A DNA stretch of 60,862 nt, taken from the IMG/VR virus record IMGVR_UViG_3300010352_002076, one strand, 5' to 3'. Shown in pieces: positions 1 through 8,955 of the stretch. The stretch comes from an uncultured virus (IMG/VR IMGVR_UViG_3300010352_002076). Lineage: Duplodnaviria > Heunggongvirae > Uroviricota > Caudoviricetes. Each line of letters opens with the position of its first letter. Positions within the stretch are counted from its first letter, which is position 1. Below the pieces are notes generated by a model. That model ran no database searches. It worked only from the letters and a program-made list of their open reading frames with translations, and had not been told where the DNA came from. Both the position numbers and the translations under genes were made by a program.

Positions 1-945
1 GGCGTTGCGGAACGGGTTCCGCCAGATCGCCGCCCTGTCCTTGACGTGCTTCTGCTTGATACCCCTGGTGTTGGGGCCCATGGTCACCGGGTAGACTCGG
101 TACTTGAGCTGGCAGACGTTGCCGCTCTGCACGGCTTCCTGGTACGGGACATGGTGCAACACGGGCCCGAAGAGAGCCTCGAGGAAGGCATCGGCGCCGT
201 CGCTGCGGCCGTCCGGAGTCGCCGTGAAGGCGAAGAACCGGGCCCGCCGGAACTGTACAAACATCTCCAAGAAGTTCGGGGTCAGCACGGCGTGGGCTTC
301 GTCACAGAGCACCAGGTTGGCCTCGCGGTTGCAGTACCCCAGGCTGTGCGTGATGGCGACCTGGATCCGCTTCGTGGATCGCTTCCCGTCGCCGACGAAG
401 CCGACCTGCGTCGGCATCGCCTTGGCGAGATCAGTGAAGATCTCGCCAGCAACGTCGTTCGATGGCACCGTGATAACAATCCTGGCGTCAGGGTAGGCCC
501 TGATGAACTGACGGATCAGGAACGTCTTGCCGTAGCCCGTGGGGCACGTCACGACCCCGATCCGCGAAGTCAGCAGCTTGAGCAGCACGGTGCTCTGGGA
601 GCCGCGCCACTGGATGCCCTGGTAGATCGAGACATCCGGCTTCTCCGGGAGCCCCGTGGCGACGAGGTCCGCGACCTCGACCTCGTGACCCTGAGCCACG
701 AGTTCACCATGGATCCGGGGACCGAAACCAGAGAACGTCACGAAGACGGGCTCCTTGGTCTCGGGGTGCACATCGATCCACCAGCACGTATGGGTCTCCT
801 GTGCGTAGCTGGATTGCCATCCGTTCTTCTCTGTGGCCGGGACCTGCACGGTGCGCTGGACTTCGCAGGTCTCCTTGAACTGGTCGCCGAGCTGAGCCGG
901 CGCCAGGGAGATCATCCGTCCCAGGTAGGTCAGCTTGGCTTTCAT
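1..945 (-). CDS. Superfamily 2 DNA helicase (UvsW/ResIII-like), runs off window start
   Basis: Not in ORF track because it has no stop inside the window. Hand translation from ATG at 945 (RBS AAGGAGG): MKAKLTYLG... Walker A CPTGYGKT, motif Ia VITVPSND, motif II LCDEAH, motif III FTATP. Confidence 0.85.
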   Translation of the reverse strand, partial: MKAKLTYLGRMISLAPAQLGDQFKETCEVQRTVQVPATEKNGWQSSYAQETHTCWWIDVHPETKEPVFVTFSGFGPRIHGELVAQGHEVEVADLVATGLPEKPDVSIYQGIQWRGSQSTVLLKLLTSRIGVVTCPTGYGKTFLIRQFIRAYPDARIVITVPSNDVAGEIFTDLAKAMPTQVGFVGDGKRSTKRIQVAITHSLGYCNREANLVLCDEAHAVLTPNFLEMFVQFRRARFFAFTATPDGRSDGADAFLEALFGPVLHHVPYQEAVQSGNVCQLKYRVYPVTMGPNTRGIKQKHVKDRAAIWRNPFRNA

Positions 946-1197
946 TCATCCCTCCTTCGGTGGGGGCCAGGGCAGGTCGAACCGGACCCAGCACTCATCG
1001 CGCCGGGCCCCGATGTCCGCCATCGTGAAACCCTCGAAGCCATAGCGGGTATAGTCGCTGTGACCGCCGTCTTGGCCGTCCCAGTATTCCAGGCGGCCCT
1101 TGAGATACTCCCTGACTTCTTCCAGGGAAGCGAAGGACTTCGTGGACCCGGGGTCGTCGCAACCCCAGGTGTGAACCTTGAACGGTTTCTCAGACAC
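946..1197 (-). CDS. hypothetical protein (83 aa)
   Basis: ORF with genome-typical codons; stop abuts helicase ATG. Confidence 0.65.
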   Translation of the reverse strand: MSEKPFKVHTWGCDDPGSTKSFASLEEVREYLKGRLEYWDGQDGGHSDYTRYGFEGFTMADIGARRDECWVRFDLPWPPPKEG

Positions 1198-1231
1198 TAT
1201 GCTACCCTCTCTTCGGGGATAGCCCCGAAAG

Positions 1232-1882
1232 TTATGAAGTGTTTACAGGCCGCAAAAGCTCAGGTGGACGCTCACCTTTATAGTACCGGGTGTAGACCGT
1301 CCTGTCCTTGAGCCCATGACGCCTAGCCAACTCAGCTAGCGCCACTTTCTCACCGTTTACCAGTAGGAACACGCAGTGCCGTGAGTTGTTGTTCTGCGTG
1401 AGTGCTGTCGCCCAACGACAGTTATCAGGGGTATATCCGCCATCATTGTCTCTGCGATCCAGCGACATGCCTGGCGGACACTTTCCCATGTCAGCTAAGA
1501 AGGCCTCAAACGAGTTCCACCGCTCACATGAAGTTATACCGCGGTCACAGTAATGTTCTGGGTTGCTGCTGCGCCCGCTCACCCGGCTCCGCATCGCTTG
1601 CCAGATTCTATATTCACGCGCATAAATAGATGGATGCTTGCGACTGGTGACCCCGTGTTTCCGCGGACCAACCCGGTTGACGTACTGAGCCGAGAAGCAG
1701 GAGAAACACCGATTACGCTTCCCCGTGTTCAGATGGGTCTGCTTGATCTCAATCGTCTTTCCGCAGTCGCACGTACACAGCACATAGGTGCCGGACTTCC
1801 CCGGTAGAAAATGGGGAAGTCCGGTAACCGTGAAGGAACCAAACCGGGTTCCAACTGGAATACTGAGCGGCTTTTGTGCCAT
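1232..1882 (-). CDS. HNH homing endonuclease-like protein
   Basis: CTCDCG N-terminal motif; YRIWQAMRSR...RGITSCERWNSFEAFLADMG...SLDRRDNDGGYTPDNCRWAT is typical of phage HNH endonucleases; composition more AT-rich than its neighbours. Confidence 0.8.
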   Translation of the reverse strand: MAQKPLSIPVGTRFGSFTVTGLPHFLPGKSGTYVLCTCDCGKTIEIKQTHLNTGKRNRCFSCFSAQYVNRVGPRKHGVTSRKHPSIYAREYRIWQAMRSRVSGRSSNPEHYCDRGITSCERWNSFEAFLADMGKCPPGMSLDRRDNDGGYTPDNCRWATALTQNNNSRHCVFLLVNGEKVALAELARRHGLKDRTVYTRYYKGERPPELLRPVNTS

Positions 1883-2035
1883 CTAGCGCGCCCTCTTAGA
1901 CGCCGGTTGGCTCTCGCCATGCTTCTCGTCAATGATGCGCCGCACGATCTCTGACAGTTTGATACCCTTCGCAGCGGCGTCAGCCTTGAGCCGGTTGTGC
2001 ATCGTTTCAGGAAGGTATAGCTGCGTGCGGATCAT
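1883..2035 (-). CDS. ribbon-helix-helix (CopG/Arc-like) DNA-binding protein, 50 aa
   Basis: Below ORF-track cutoff: MIRTQLYLPETMHNRLKADAAAKGIKLSEIVRRIIDEK...; TAG abuts the HNH ATG. Confidence 0.7.
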   Translation of the reverse strand: MIRTQLYLPETMHNRLKADAAAKGIKLSEIVRRIIDEKHGESQPASKRAR

Positions 2036-2052
2036 ACATCACTCGTACATCG

Positions 2053-4458
2053 TCACGTCGCCACATCAAGCGTCGAAGTGCCGATCTGAATCGTGTGATC
2101 GAAGAAAGTCGTGAGCTTGTCTTCGTGGGTGACCACGAGGACCTGACGGCCAGTGTGGGCCGACATCTTCTTCAGCTCCAGCAGGACCATCTGCAGGTTC
2201 TGGATGTTGGCGTCGTCGAGATAGTTCGAGGGCTCATCCAAGACGAGCAGCCCGACCTGCCGGGCAAAGGTGTCCGACATCCCCATGCGGAAGCTCACTG
2301 ACGCAATGATCTTCTCGGCGCCACTGAGGCGCAGGGCGTCCATCTCGGCCGCGCTGTTCTTGGACGCCCGGAACTCGAGGTCGTCGCTGAGCCAGACCCG
2401 GAACGGGGCCTGGAACTTCTCGAGGTAGTAGTCGAGCTGGCCGTTCAGGATCTTGCCGTACTCCTGCATGATGAGACGCGGGAGCTGCCCGACGTGGAGG
2501 ACATCACGAGACTCCCGGACCAGCTTGACCCACGCGGCGTGCTTGGCCTCCGTGGCGACCTGACGCTGGAGCCGTTCGCACTCCTGGTGCCGGGTGTCCC
2601 GGGTTGCTGTGGTCATGGCAACGTCAGACCGCAGCTTGGTCTCGGCGCTGCGCAGTGCGAGCAGCACCGGGATCGACGCCTGGGCCGCAGCGACTTCCTG
2701 ATCCGACGGGGCGTCCAGCGTGGTCCCCAGCGCAGCCTTGGCCTCCTTGGCAGCCTGGACCGCGGCGGTCTGGTTCTGCGCCGAGTTCGCCGCGATGGCG
2801 GCGCGCTGCCGCAACGCGTTGGTGTCAGCGACGGCGTTCTCGATCGCCGTGATCCGGGTCCCGAGATCGGCGAGCTCAGCCGCGCTTGGTGCCTGAACTG
2901 GTGCCCCCATAGCGGCCTCATAGGCCTGGAGCTGGCTCGCGAGCTGCTTCCGACGCGTCAGCAGGTTCCAACCTGCTGCAGCCGCGGTCCGGGCAGCCAC
3001 CAGGGCGCCCTGGGTAACCAGGAGCTGCTGGTTCAGGAACGCGGTGCAGCTGTCCCGGAACCCGCGGAGCTGCTCGTTCAGCGTGTCTCGACGCCTGGCC
3101 AGGGTGTCAAGCGCGGCGGCCTCGGCGGCGCACTCCGCGACCTCCATGGCGGTGCCCCGGGCGCAGACCTCGTCGTACTCTGCCTTGCGGCGCTGGGCCT
3201 CCTGGGGCCCGCCGGCGACGTCCTGGCCGCACGTCGGACACTTCCCCGTGGCGAAGTGGTCGAGGTGCTGTTTCAGATTCCGAGCGTGGTCTCGCAGCGC
3301 CACGAGCTCCGGGGACCACTGGACTCCCTTGCCACGCCGGACCTGGATCTCAACCGTGACGGCCTGGAAGGCTGCGTTGGCCTCGGCCTCTGCGGGGACC
3401 TGGGGGCGCACCACGGCGCCGGTGAGCATGCCCTGGATGCGCTGGACCGCGTTGTTGGCCTCGGTCTCAGCGGCGACGAGAGCGGCGACGTCGGGATCCG
3501 TGATGACCTGGAGCCCATCGAGCTCGGTCTGCAGCGTGGTCCGACTCGCCGCCACCACCGCATAACGATCAAAGTTCGCCTTGAGGTGTGTCAGTTCGGC
3601 GTACTTCTGTCGCATCCCGGGGAGCAGGATGTCGTCACCGCCAAGTGCGGTCTCCGCGGCTGCCAGCGCCGCAGCTGCCTTGTCGCGCTCCGCGTTGAGC
3701 CTGGTCTCCGCCGCCAGCGCTGCCGCCAAGGTGGCGTCGGCCTGGCGCAGTGCCGCGTTGTGTTGCTGGGCCCGGTCCCGGCGCTGCAGCACGGCTTCAT
3801 GCGGGGCCTGGGCCGCGATCCTGGCCTGGACATCCTGGAGCTCCTGCTCGATCCTGGCGAGATCGGCGACGGAGCTCCGGTACCGGGTCACGGCGTCGTT
3901 CAGGGCATCCTGGAGCCCCGGGGTGATCTGGAACGCCGTGGCTTCGTCGCTCAGGATCCGAAAGGCATCCGCGGCCGCGGCGAGCCCGAAGGCCTGCTGG
4001 AACTCCTTGAGACGCTCCGTGTTCTTCTGGAACAGGATGCCGTCAATCTTGCCCTGCGGCACGAATACGGCGTCGAGCAGGGTCGCCGGCGTGGTCCCGA
4101 GGAGCTCGTTGATCCGGGCCTGGACCTCACCGATTTTCCGGAGGTCGTGCTTGGTTCCATCGGGCTCGGTCCACCTCATGTGGCAGCCGCCGTTGTGGAT
4201 GTTCCGCTTGATCTCGTAGCTGAGGTCGCCGATGCGAACCTTGCCCTGGACGAAGCCGGCCTTGGTGCCCCACTTCAGGTTGTCCTCGCGACCCCCGGGG
4301 TTGATGGACTCCCCGGTGAACAGGAGGCGGATGGCATCGAGGAAGTTGGACTTCCCGTTGCCGTTGGCCCCGATGATCCCGTTGACGCCGGGACGCAAGG
4401 GAACCCTGAGGCTGGCGTGTTGGCACCAGTTCTCGAGATACATCTCTTCAATGAACAT
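2053..4458 (-). CDS. sbcC: SbcC/Rad50-like SMC-family ATPase (gp46-like recombination exonuclease subunit)
   Basis: Walker A GANGNGKS, Q-loop FVPQG, coiled coil with Zn-hook CPTCG, signature LSGAE, Walker B LLVLDEP, H-loop VVTH. Confidence 0.92.
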   Translation of the reverse strand: MFIEEMYLENWCQHASLRVPLRPGVNGIIGANGNGKSNFLDAIRLLFTGESINPGGREDNLKWGTKAGFVQGKVRIGDLSYEIKRNIHNGGCHMRWTEPDGTKHDLRKIGEVQARINELLGTTPATLLDAVFVPQGKIDGILFQKNTERLKEFQQAFGLAAAADAFRILSDEATAFQITPGLQDALNDAVTRYRSSVADLARIEQELQDVQARIAAQAPHEAVLQRRDRAQQHNAALRQADATLAAALAAETRLNAERDKAAAALAAAETALGGDDILLPGMRQKYAELTHLKANFDRYAVVAASRTTLQTELDGLQVITDPDVAALVAAETEANNAVQRIQGMLTGAVVRPQVPAEAEANAAFQAVTVEIQVRRGKGVQWSPELVALRDHARNLKQHLDHFATGKCPTCGQDVAGGPQEAQRRKAEYDEVCARGTAMEVAECAAEAAALDTLARRRDTLNEQLRGFRDSCTAFLNQQLLVTQGALVAARTAAAAGWNLLTRRKQLASQLQAYEAAMGAPVQAPSAAELADLGTRITAIENAVADTNALRQRAAIAANSAQNQTAAVQAAKEAKAALGTTLDAPSDQEVAAAQASIPVLLALRSAETKLRSDVAMTTATRDTRHQECERLQRQVATEAKHAAWVKLVRESRDVLHVGQLPRLIMQEYGKILNGQLDYYLEKFQAPFRVWLSDDLEFRASKNSAAEMDALRLSGAEKIIASVSFRMGMSDTFARQVGLLVLDEPSNYLDDANIQNLQMVLLELKKMSAHTGRQVLVVTHEDKLTTFFDHTIQIGTSTLDVAT

Positions 4459-4482
4459 GAAGCTCTCCTATGGGAGACAGAG

Positions 4483-4677
4483 TTATAGGGCTCGTTCGTG
4501 ACCGCAGCTCTGGCAGACCTCAGTGGGCGGCCCGCAGAGATGCTTCTTGGGAATGAACCAGTGCTGGCACGTTGCAGACTTCTCGCAGGGGCGAGCGTTC
4601 TCGCCACACCGGTCGTAGTCCTTACAGGTCGCGCAGGCGTCTTTGCCGGCGCCGCTCACCATTCCACCTCTTTGCAC
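4483..4677 (-). CDS. small Cys-rich hypothetical protein
   Basis: Three CxxC pairs plus further Cys in 64 aa; fits operon packing. Confidence 0.45.
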   Translation of the reverse strand: MQRGGMVSGAGKDACATCKDYDRCGENARPCEKSATCQHWFIPKKHLCGPPTEVCQSCGHERAL

Positions 4678-4904
4678 AGCGCCTTGAAGCCGTCTTCCGG
4701 GGCGACGCCGGTAATCTCCTCGACGCCCTCCTTGACCTCCTGGATCTGCTCAGCGGTCAGCGGGATCCGGTCACCGGGTCCCTTGGAGACGACCCAGCCA
4801 TCGGCCCCGTCGGACACCACGGCAACGTTGGTATCCGGGAGGAAGTCGTTGACGAAGATGGTGATCCGGTTGCTGGTTGGGCTGCGCCACTTCTTGAGTC
4901 GCAT
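4656..4904 (-). CDS. hypothetical protein (82 aa)
   Basis: Start re-picked at MRLKKW with GGAGG upstream. Confidence 0.6.
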   Translation of the reverse strand: MRLKKWRSPTSNRITIFVNDFLPDTNVAVVSDGADGWVVSKGPGDRIPLTAEQIQEVKEGVEEITGVAPEDGFKALCKEVEW

Positions 4905-4905
4905 C

Positions 4906-5433
4906 TCAGTCCTCCTTGGCCCGGTGGTCGTGCCGGGCCTCATGCAGTTCGATGGTGTCCGTGGGGTCCTCCCGGTTGATATCGGACCACACAATGACAC
5001 GGGGTTCCCCCTTGACCTGCTCGACGAGAACGCACTCGGCGTCATCCTCGGTGCAGACCCCGTGATCCTGGAAGGAGACGAAGATGCCGTGGCAGTTCAC
5101 GGACACCTTGGCCTTCACCGGCGGGCCCTCTTGGTGCTGGCACACCAGGGTGATCTCCTCAGGGCACAGGAAGCCGTGGCGGGGCTCCCGGGGGCCCGCG
5201 AGCTCGTAGAGCCGCTGGCGCATCGCACGGGCATTCTCGATGATCCGCCGGAGCAGGAAGTCGGCGCCGTCCAAGCTGGCCTTGTCGAGCTTGAACTTGC
5301 CCTTCTCCACGAGCTCGTTGTTGATGTGGTCCCGGAGGGCATCCGCGACGCATTGCATCTCGGTATGACCGGACCTGTCGAAACTCTCAAGGAGCTCGTT
5401 CAGAATCGCCAGCGGTTTCTTCTTCGTTGCCAT
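4906..5433 (-). CDS. hypothetical protein (175 aa)
   Basis: Start re-picked at MATKKK with AGGAG upstream. Confidence 0.65.
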   Translation of the reverse strand: MATKKKPLAILNELLESFDRSGHTEMQCVADALRDHINNELVEKGKFKLDKASLDGADFLLRRIIENARAMRQRLYELAGPREPRHGFLCPEEITLVCQHQEGPPVKAKVSVNCHGIFVSFQDHGVCTEDDAECVLVEQVKGEPRVIVWSDINREDPTDTIELHEARHDHRAKED

Positions 5434-5434
5434 G

Positions 5435-5620
5435 TCAGGTCTCCTCGTCTTCTTGGGTGTCATAGACGTCGAGGTGGTTCTCCCACTCCTCGGGGTCCGC
5501 TTTGATCTCGGCCACCTTGGCCTCGAGGATCTTGATGATGTCCTCACCCTTGATGAAGGCGAGGTCGTCCGACTTCGCCTTCACGGCGATGTTCAGGGAC
5601 ATCAGGTGGGTGAAGCTCAC
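5435..5620 (-). CDS. hypothetical protein (61 aa)
   Basis: GTGA start/stop overlap with upstream gene. Confidence 0.55.
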   Translation of the reverse strand: MSFTHLMSLNIAVKAKSDDLAFIKGEDIIKILEAKVAEIKADPEEWENHLDVYDTQEDEET

Positions 5621-5829
5621 AGCTTCCGCTCCTTCACCTTGGCGTCGAGAAGCGCCGCGGTCAGGGGGTAGCACTCATTGGCCTCGTCGCTGATGTCCTT
5701 GGCCGTGGCGGCGAGATCCTCGAGGACCTCTTTGCGGTCCTGCTCGGAACCGCCGATGTCGTTGAGTTCAGCGTCAAGGCGCAGGATCAGCGCCTTGAGC
5801 TCTTTGGGGGACGTGCGGGAAGCGCTCAT
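5617..5829 (-). CDS. hypothetical protein (70 aa)
   Basis: ATGA overlap with upstream gene. Confidence 0.6.
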   Translation of the reverse strand: MSASRTSPKELKALILRLDAELNDIGGSEQDRKEVLEDLAATAKDISDEANECYPLTAALLDAKVKERKL

Positions 5830-6062
5830 TCACACTCCTTGATGTCGATGGTTTCGTTGTGTCGCTTCTTCCAGACCTCGACGGCCTGATCGCGATTCAT
5901 GCCGGTGACATCCGTCCTGACCCGCGCCCACTGCACGAGCTCGTCAGGGTTGTCACCACGGAAGTCGCTGAGGACATCCATGTACATCTCACGATTCACC
6001 GGCACCAGGAGGTCGACCGTGACGATCTTATACTTGGTGCCCTTATGTGGGTAGCCGCTCAC
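5826..6062 (-). CDS. hypothetical protein (78 aa)
   Basis: GTGA overlap with upstream gene. Confidence 0.55.
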   Translation of the reverse strand: MSGYPHKGTKYKIVTVDLLVPVNREMYMDVLSDFRGDNPDELVQWARVRTDVTGMNRDQAVEVWKKRHNETIDIKECE

Positions 6063-6403
6063 GACTTCCGGTACTCCACGGTGCTGACCGCCTTGACGAC
6101 CTTCTTGTTGGCATCCCGGGCTACCAGGAAGCCGCGCTTGGTCATGGAGCTGATGTCCGCTGCGGTCCAGTTCGGATCGACGATCAGGAGATGGAGCATC
6201 GCTTTCGTGGCGAGCTGGTTGCCCTGGACGGCCCGTCCCATGAGCCAAACGACGATCTCATCGTCGGTCATGTCCTTGCACTTCCCGGGGTGCTCATCGT
6301 TCTTCTCGATCTCGTAGCGCCCGGAACAGTCGAAGATGTCCCAGCCCTCGGCGCAGGCCTGGCGGCTGTCCTCGAGGGTCCAGGTGATCGTGACCGGTTT
6401 CAC
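6059..6403 (-). CDS. hypothetical protein (114 aa)
   Basis: GTGA overlap; globular-looking WTLEDSRQACAEGWDIFD segment. Confidence 0.6.
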   Translation of the reverse strand: MKPVTITWTLEDSRQACAEGWDIFDCSGRYEIEKNDEHPGKCKDMTDDEIVVWLMGRAVQGNQLATKAMLHLLIVDPNWTAADISSMTKRGFLVARDANKKVVKAVSTVEYRKS

Positions 6404-6861
6404 TTCAGGCCCCCGGGACGGCGCTGCCGCTTCGGCTTCGTGATCCCGGCGATCTCCTGGGCGCGTGCCTTGGTGATCTCGTCGCTGAACTGTTTGCACC
6501 TCGAGCAGCGCCCCGGGGGTGACCCCTCGCCGCGAGTCACGAAGAGGTAGCTCTCGATGCCCTGCAGGGTGTCCATGTCGTCGATGTGGCCACAGGCCCT
6601 GCACTCGTAGTGCTCCGTGTCAGCGATCTCTTGGACGAGGTACTCCGGGTTCGCGGGGCTCACCGTGAACTCCACGGCGCCCACGTACCACTTCCCGTCG
6701 GTCCCCTTGAAGAGCGGGGTACCACAGATCTCGTGGCTGTAGGCATGGTCCAGCTTGGCTCCGGCCTCGGCCAGGAGCTGTTTGGTGTCACCGATATCCT
6801 CGGTGTCGAACTCGCCTTCGTTCACGAAGAAGGCAATCTTGATGGGTTCAGGCTTTGGCAT
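6400..6861 (-). CDS. hypothetical Zn-ribbon protein (153 aa)
   Basis: CRAC...CSRC pairs. Confidence 0.65.
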   Translation of the reverse strand: MPKPEPIKIAFFVNEGEFDTEDIGDTKQLLAEAGAKLDHAYSHEICGTPLFKGTDGKWYVGAVEFTVSPANPEYLVQEIADTEHYECRACGHIDDMDTLQGIESYLFVTRGEGSPPGRCSRCKQFSDEITKARAQEIAGITKPKRQRRPGGLK

Positions 6862-6872
6862 ATCGTTCTTTC

Positions 6873-7331
6873 ATGAAAGCAATCTTCTGGATCGGGAAGT
6901 GTGGCCTCGTCGGGACCCTGATCAGGGCCTTCAAGCGCCGCGGTGTCAGCCACGCCGAGATCATGTTCAGCGACGGCGTCTGCGGGACCTCGCAACCCAA
7001 CGGCGGCGTCGTCCTGCGTCACATCGACTTCAACAGGGCGGACTGGGTCGTCCTGGATCTGCCGTGCACCCCGGAACAGGAAGCCGCGGTTCGAGCATTC
7101 TTCGTGGAGGAACTCGGCTGCCCCTATGACTGGAGCGGAATCCTGTTCGCCCAGATCCTGGGCTGGAACTGGCAGTCCAAGAAGAAGTATTTCTGCTCCG
7201 AGGTCTGTGTCGCCGCGCTGCAGAAGGCCTACTCGGCCCTGGCCGGACTGAAGCCGTGGCGCGTGGATCCGGCCAAGGAACTCATAGAGCTGGAAGAACG
7301 GGTGATGCCGCCGGCGCCCCCGGTGCTTTGA
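6873..7331 (+). CDS. permuted papain-like NlpC/P60 enzyme (YaeF/YiiX, C92-like)
   Basis: His-before-Cys order: SHAEI ... GCPYDWSG ... KYFCSEV; start re-picked at MKAIFW. Confidence 0.75.
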   Translation: MKAIFWIGKCGLVGTLIRAFKRRGVSHAEIMFSDGVCGTSQPNGGVVLRHIDFNRADWVVLDLPCTPEQEAAVRAFFVEELGCPYDWSGILFAQILGWNWQSKKKYFCSEVCVAALQKAYSALAGLKPWRVDPAKELIELEERVMPPAPPVL

Positions 7332-7557
7332 CCGCGGGGAGCATGGCGTCCAAGATGGCCTTGGCATCGGGGTGCGCCCCGAACACGGCCTGCAACGAGG
7401 CCCAGTGCAGCATCGCAGCGGACCGGCAGCCCGGGTAGCCCTGGTGGGCCAGGGCAATGGTGCGCTTCACCTTGGCGACGTGATGATTGAACAGCGGCAT
7501 CGCGAGATCGAGCATGGTGCGCTCGGACTCCTCGATGATCTCAGCTTCGGTTGCCAT
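7282..7557 (-). CDS. hypothetical protein (91 aa)
   Basis: AGGAG RBS upstream; 3' end overlaps the + strand peptidase gene. Confidence 0.55.
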   Translation of the reverse strand: MATEAEIIEESERTMLDLAMPLFNHHVAKVKRTIALAHQGYPGCRSAAMLHWASLQAVFGAHPDAKAILDAMLPAVKAPGAPAASPVLPAL

Positions 7558-7567
7558 GGGATCTCTC

Positions 7568-7834
7568 CTAGAGGCTCTGGGGCCCGGGCTTCACGGCCCG
7601 GAACATGATCCCGGTGCGCTGGCGGCGCTCCTGCACTGCCTCGGTGAACTCCCGCGTCGTGCGGGGGTCCACCTTGTCGCGGTACATGGCGCGACGGCCG
7701 CCAGGCGGATAGAAGCCCGTGGGCCCCGTGGCCTGGGTGACGCGGTACTCCTTGTGGTTCTTGTGGTAGACCCTGGTGCCATCCGGCTCGACCCGGATCA
7801 GCTTTGCCGTGCTGAGGCGATGGTTGAAACCCAT
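7568..7834 (-). CDS. hypothetical basic protein (88 aa)
   Basis: Start abuts upstream TAA. Confidence 0.55.
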   Translation of the reverse strand: MGFNHRLSTAKLIRVEPDGTRVYHKNHKEYRVTQATGPTGFYPPGGRRAMYRDKVDPRTTREFTEAVQERRQRTGIMFRAVKPGPQSL

Positions 7835-8134
7835 TTAGTTTCGTTCCAGCCCGCCCAGTTTTGCGTGCTCCTTCAACATAAGCTCGCGGAGGTTGGCTTC
7901 AGCCAGCGTCTGTGACACCAGCCCCATGCTCATGCCAGCTGGGCGCATAGCTCCACCCTGTTTCACTAACACCCCGACAGCCCAGGCCGCTACGTTAGTG
8001 TCAAAGATCACGGCACCGACAACCTGATTATCCTCAGTGGCAAACCACGACTTTTCCTGCAGAAAAGGAAACGTGCGCGGGGGCTTGGCGCAGGCAGTAA
8101 GGAACTGCTGCTTGGTGATGGGTACGACGTTCAT
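7835..8134 (-). CDS. hypothetical protein (99 aa)
   Basis: Start re-picked at MNVVP with AGGAGG upstream; AT-richer codons. Confidence 0.6.
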   Translation of the reverse strand: MNVVPITKQQFLTACAKPPRTFPFLQEKSWFATEDNQVVGAVIFDTNVAAWAVGVLVKQGGAMRPAGMSMGLVSQTLAEANLRELMLKEHAKLGGLERN

Positions 8135-8136
8135 GA

Positions 8137-8901
8137 TTAGTCCTCCTGCTTCCAGATCACGTCGGTGGGTTCCCACCACGCGAACCGGTCATTGGGGTCA
8201 TGCTGGATCCTGCAGTTCTTGATCTCGAGGATCTCGAGGTCGTCGGGGTCCTCGGTCTGGAAGGTGCGGTCGAGGTTCTGGGCGAGGCAGATCGCCTTGG
8301 CGATGTCGAGGACCCGGTACGGCGAGTTCACCTCGCAGACCTCGCCGTTGAGGCTGAACTTGAAGTGGTAGGCCTGCGGCCAGGCGTGCTGCTCTTCCAG
8401 ACAGAGCTTGTACTGACTGCTGAGCTGGTTGCGGTTCCGGTCCTGGAACAAGTTCATGGGGTCCAGCCGGATCATGTTCTCGACGTAGGCGTGGGCCAGG
8501 ATCCGGAACCCGGCATCGCAGGCGTCATCGGCGTCGAAGCAGTGGTGGGGGTCGTTGCTGCGGGTCACCCCGGTGACGTACTGGGGCTTCTCGTCAGCGG
8601 GGGCCCCGACTTTGTAGAGCGTGGCGACGTAGCCGCTGCGGCCGCTGCCGCAGCTCTCGCACCGGATGATGAACCCGAACTCGGCCAGGGCGAATAGGAA
8701 CGGCACCAAGTCGCAGCCCTGGAGATCGCCGGTGTAGGGGAACTCGTGCTCGAGGTGGGCCACGATGGAGCTGAACTGCTCCGCGGGCTCGTCGTCCTTG
8801 CGGCGCTCCTCCAGGAGGCGCTGCAGGGCGTTGATCAGCTCTTCGATGTCGTCGGGCTCCAGGGTCTGAGCCGATTCGACGAGGTGGTCATAGGCGCTCA
8901 T
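8137..8901 (-). CDS. hypothetical protein (254 aa)
   Basis: Long ORF, GGAG RBS, typical codon bias. Confidence 0.7.
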   Translation of the reverse strand: MSAYDHLVESAQTLEPDDIEELINALQRLLEERRKDDEPAEQFSSIVAHLEHEFPYTGDLQGCDLVPFLFALAEFGFIIRCESCGSGRSGYVATLYKVGAPADEKPQYVTGVTRSNDPHHCFDADDACDAGFRILAHAYVENMIRLDPMNLFQDRNRNQLSSQYKLCLEEQHAWPQAYHFKFSLNGEVCEVNSPYRVLDIAKAICLAQNLDRTFQTEDPDDLEILEIKNCRIQHDPNDRFAWWEPTDVIWKQED

Positions 8902-8918
8902 GGATTCTCCAGGTTAGG

Positions 8919-8955
8919 GGTGCAAAGGTGCAATGGGTGCAACCGGAGTTGCACC
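8919..8955. repeat. three direct GGTGCAA heptamers plus one inverted copy (operator-like)
   Basis: GGTGCAA at 8919, 8927 and 8936; TTGCACC at 8949; intergenic. Confidence 0.6.
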
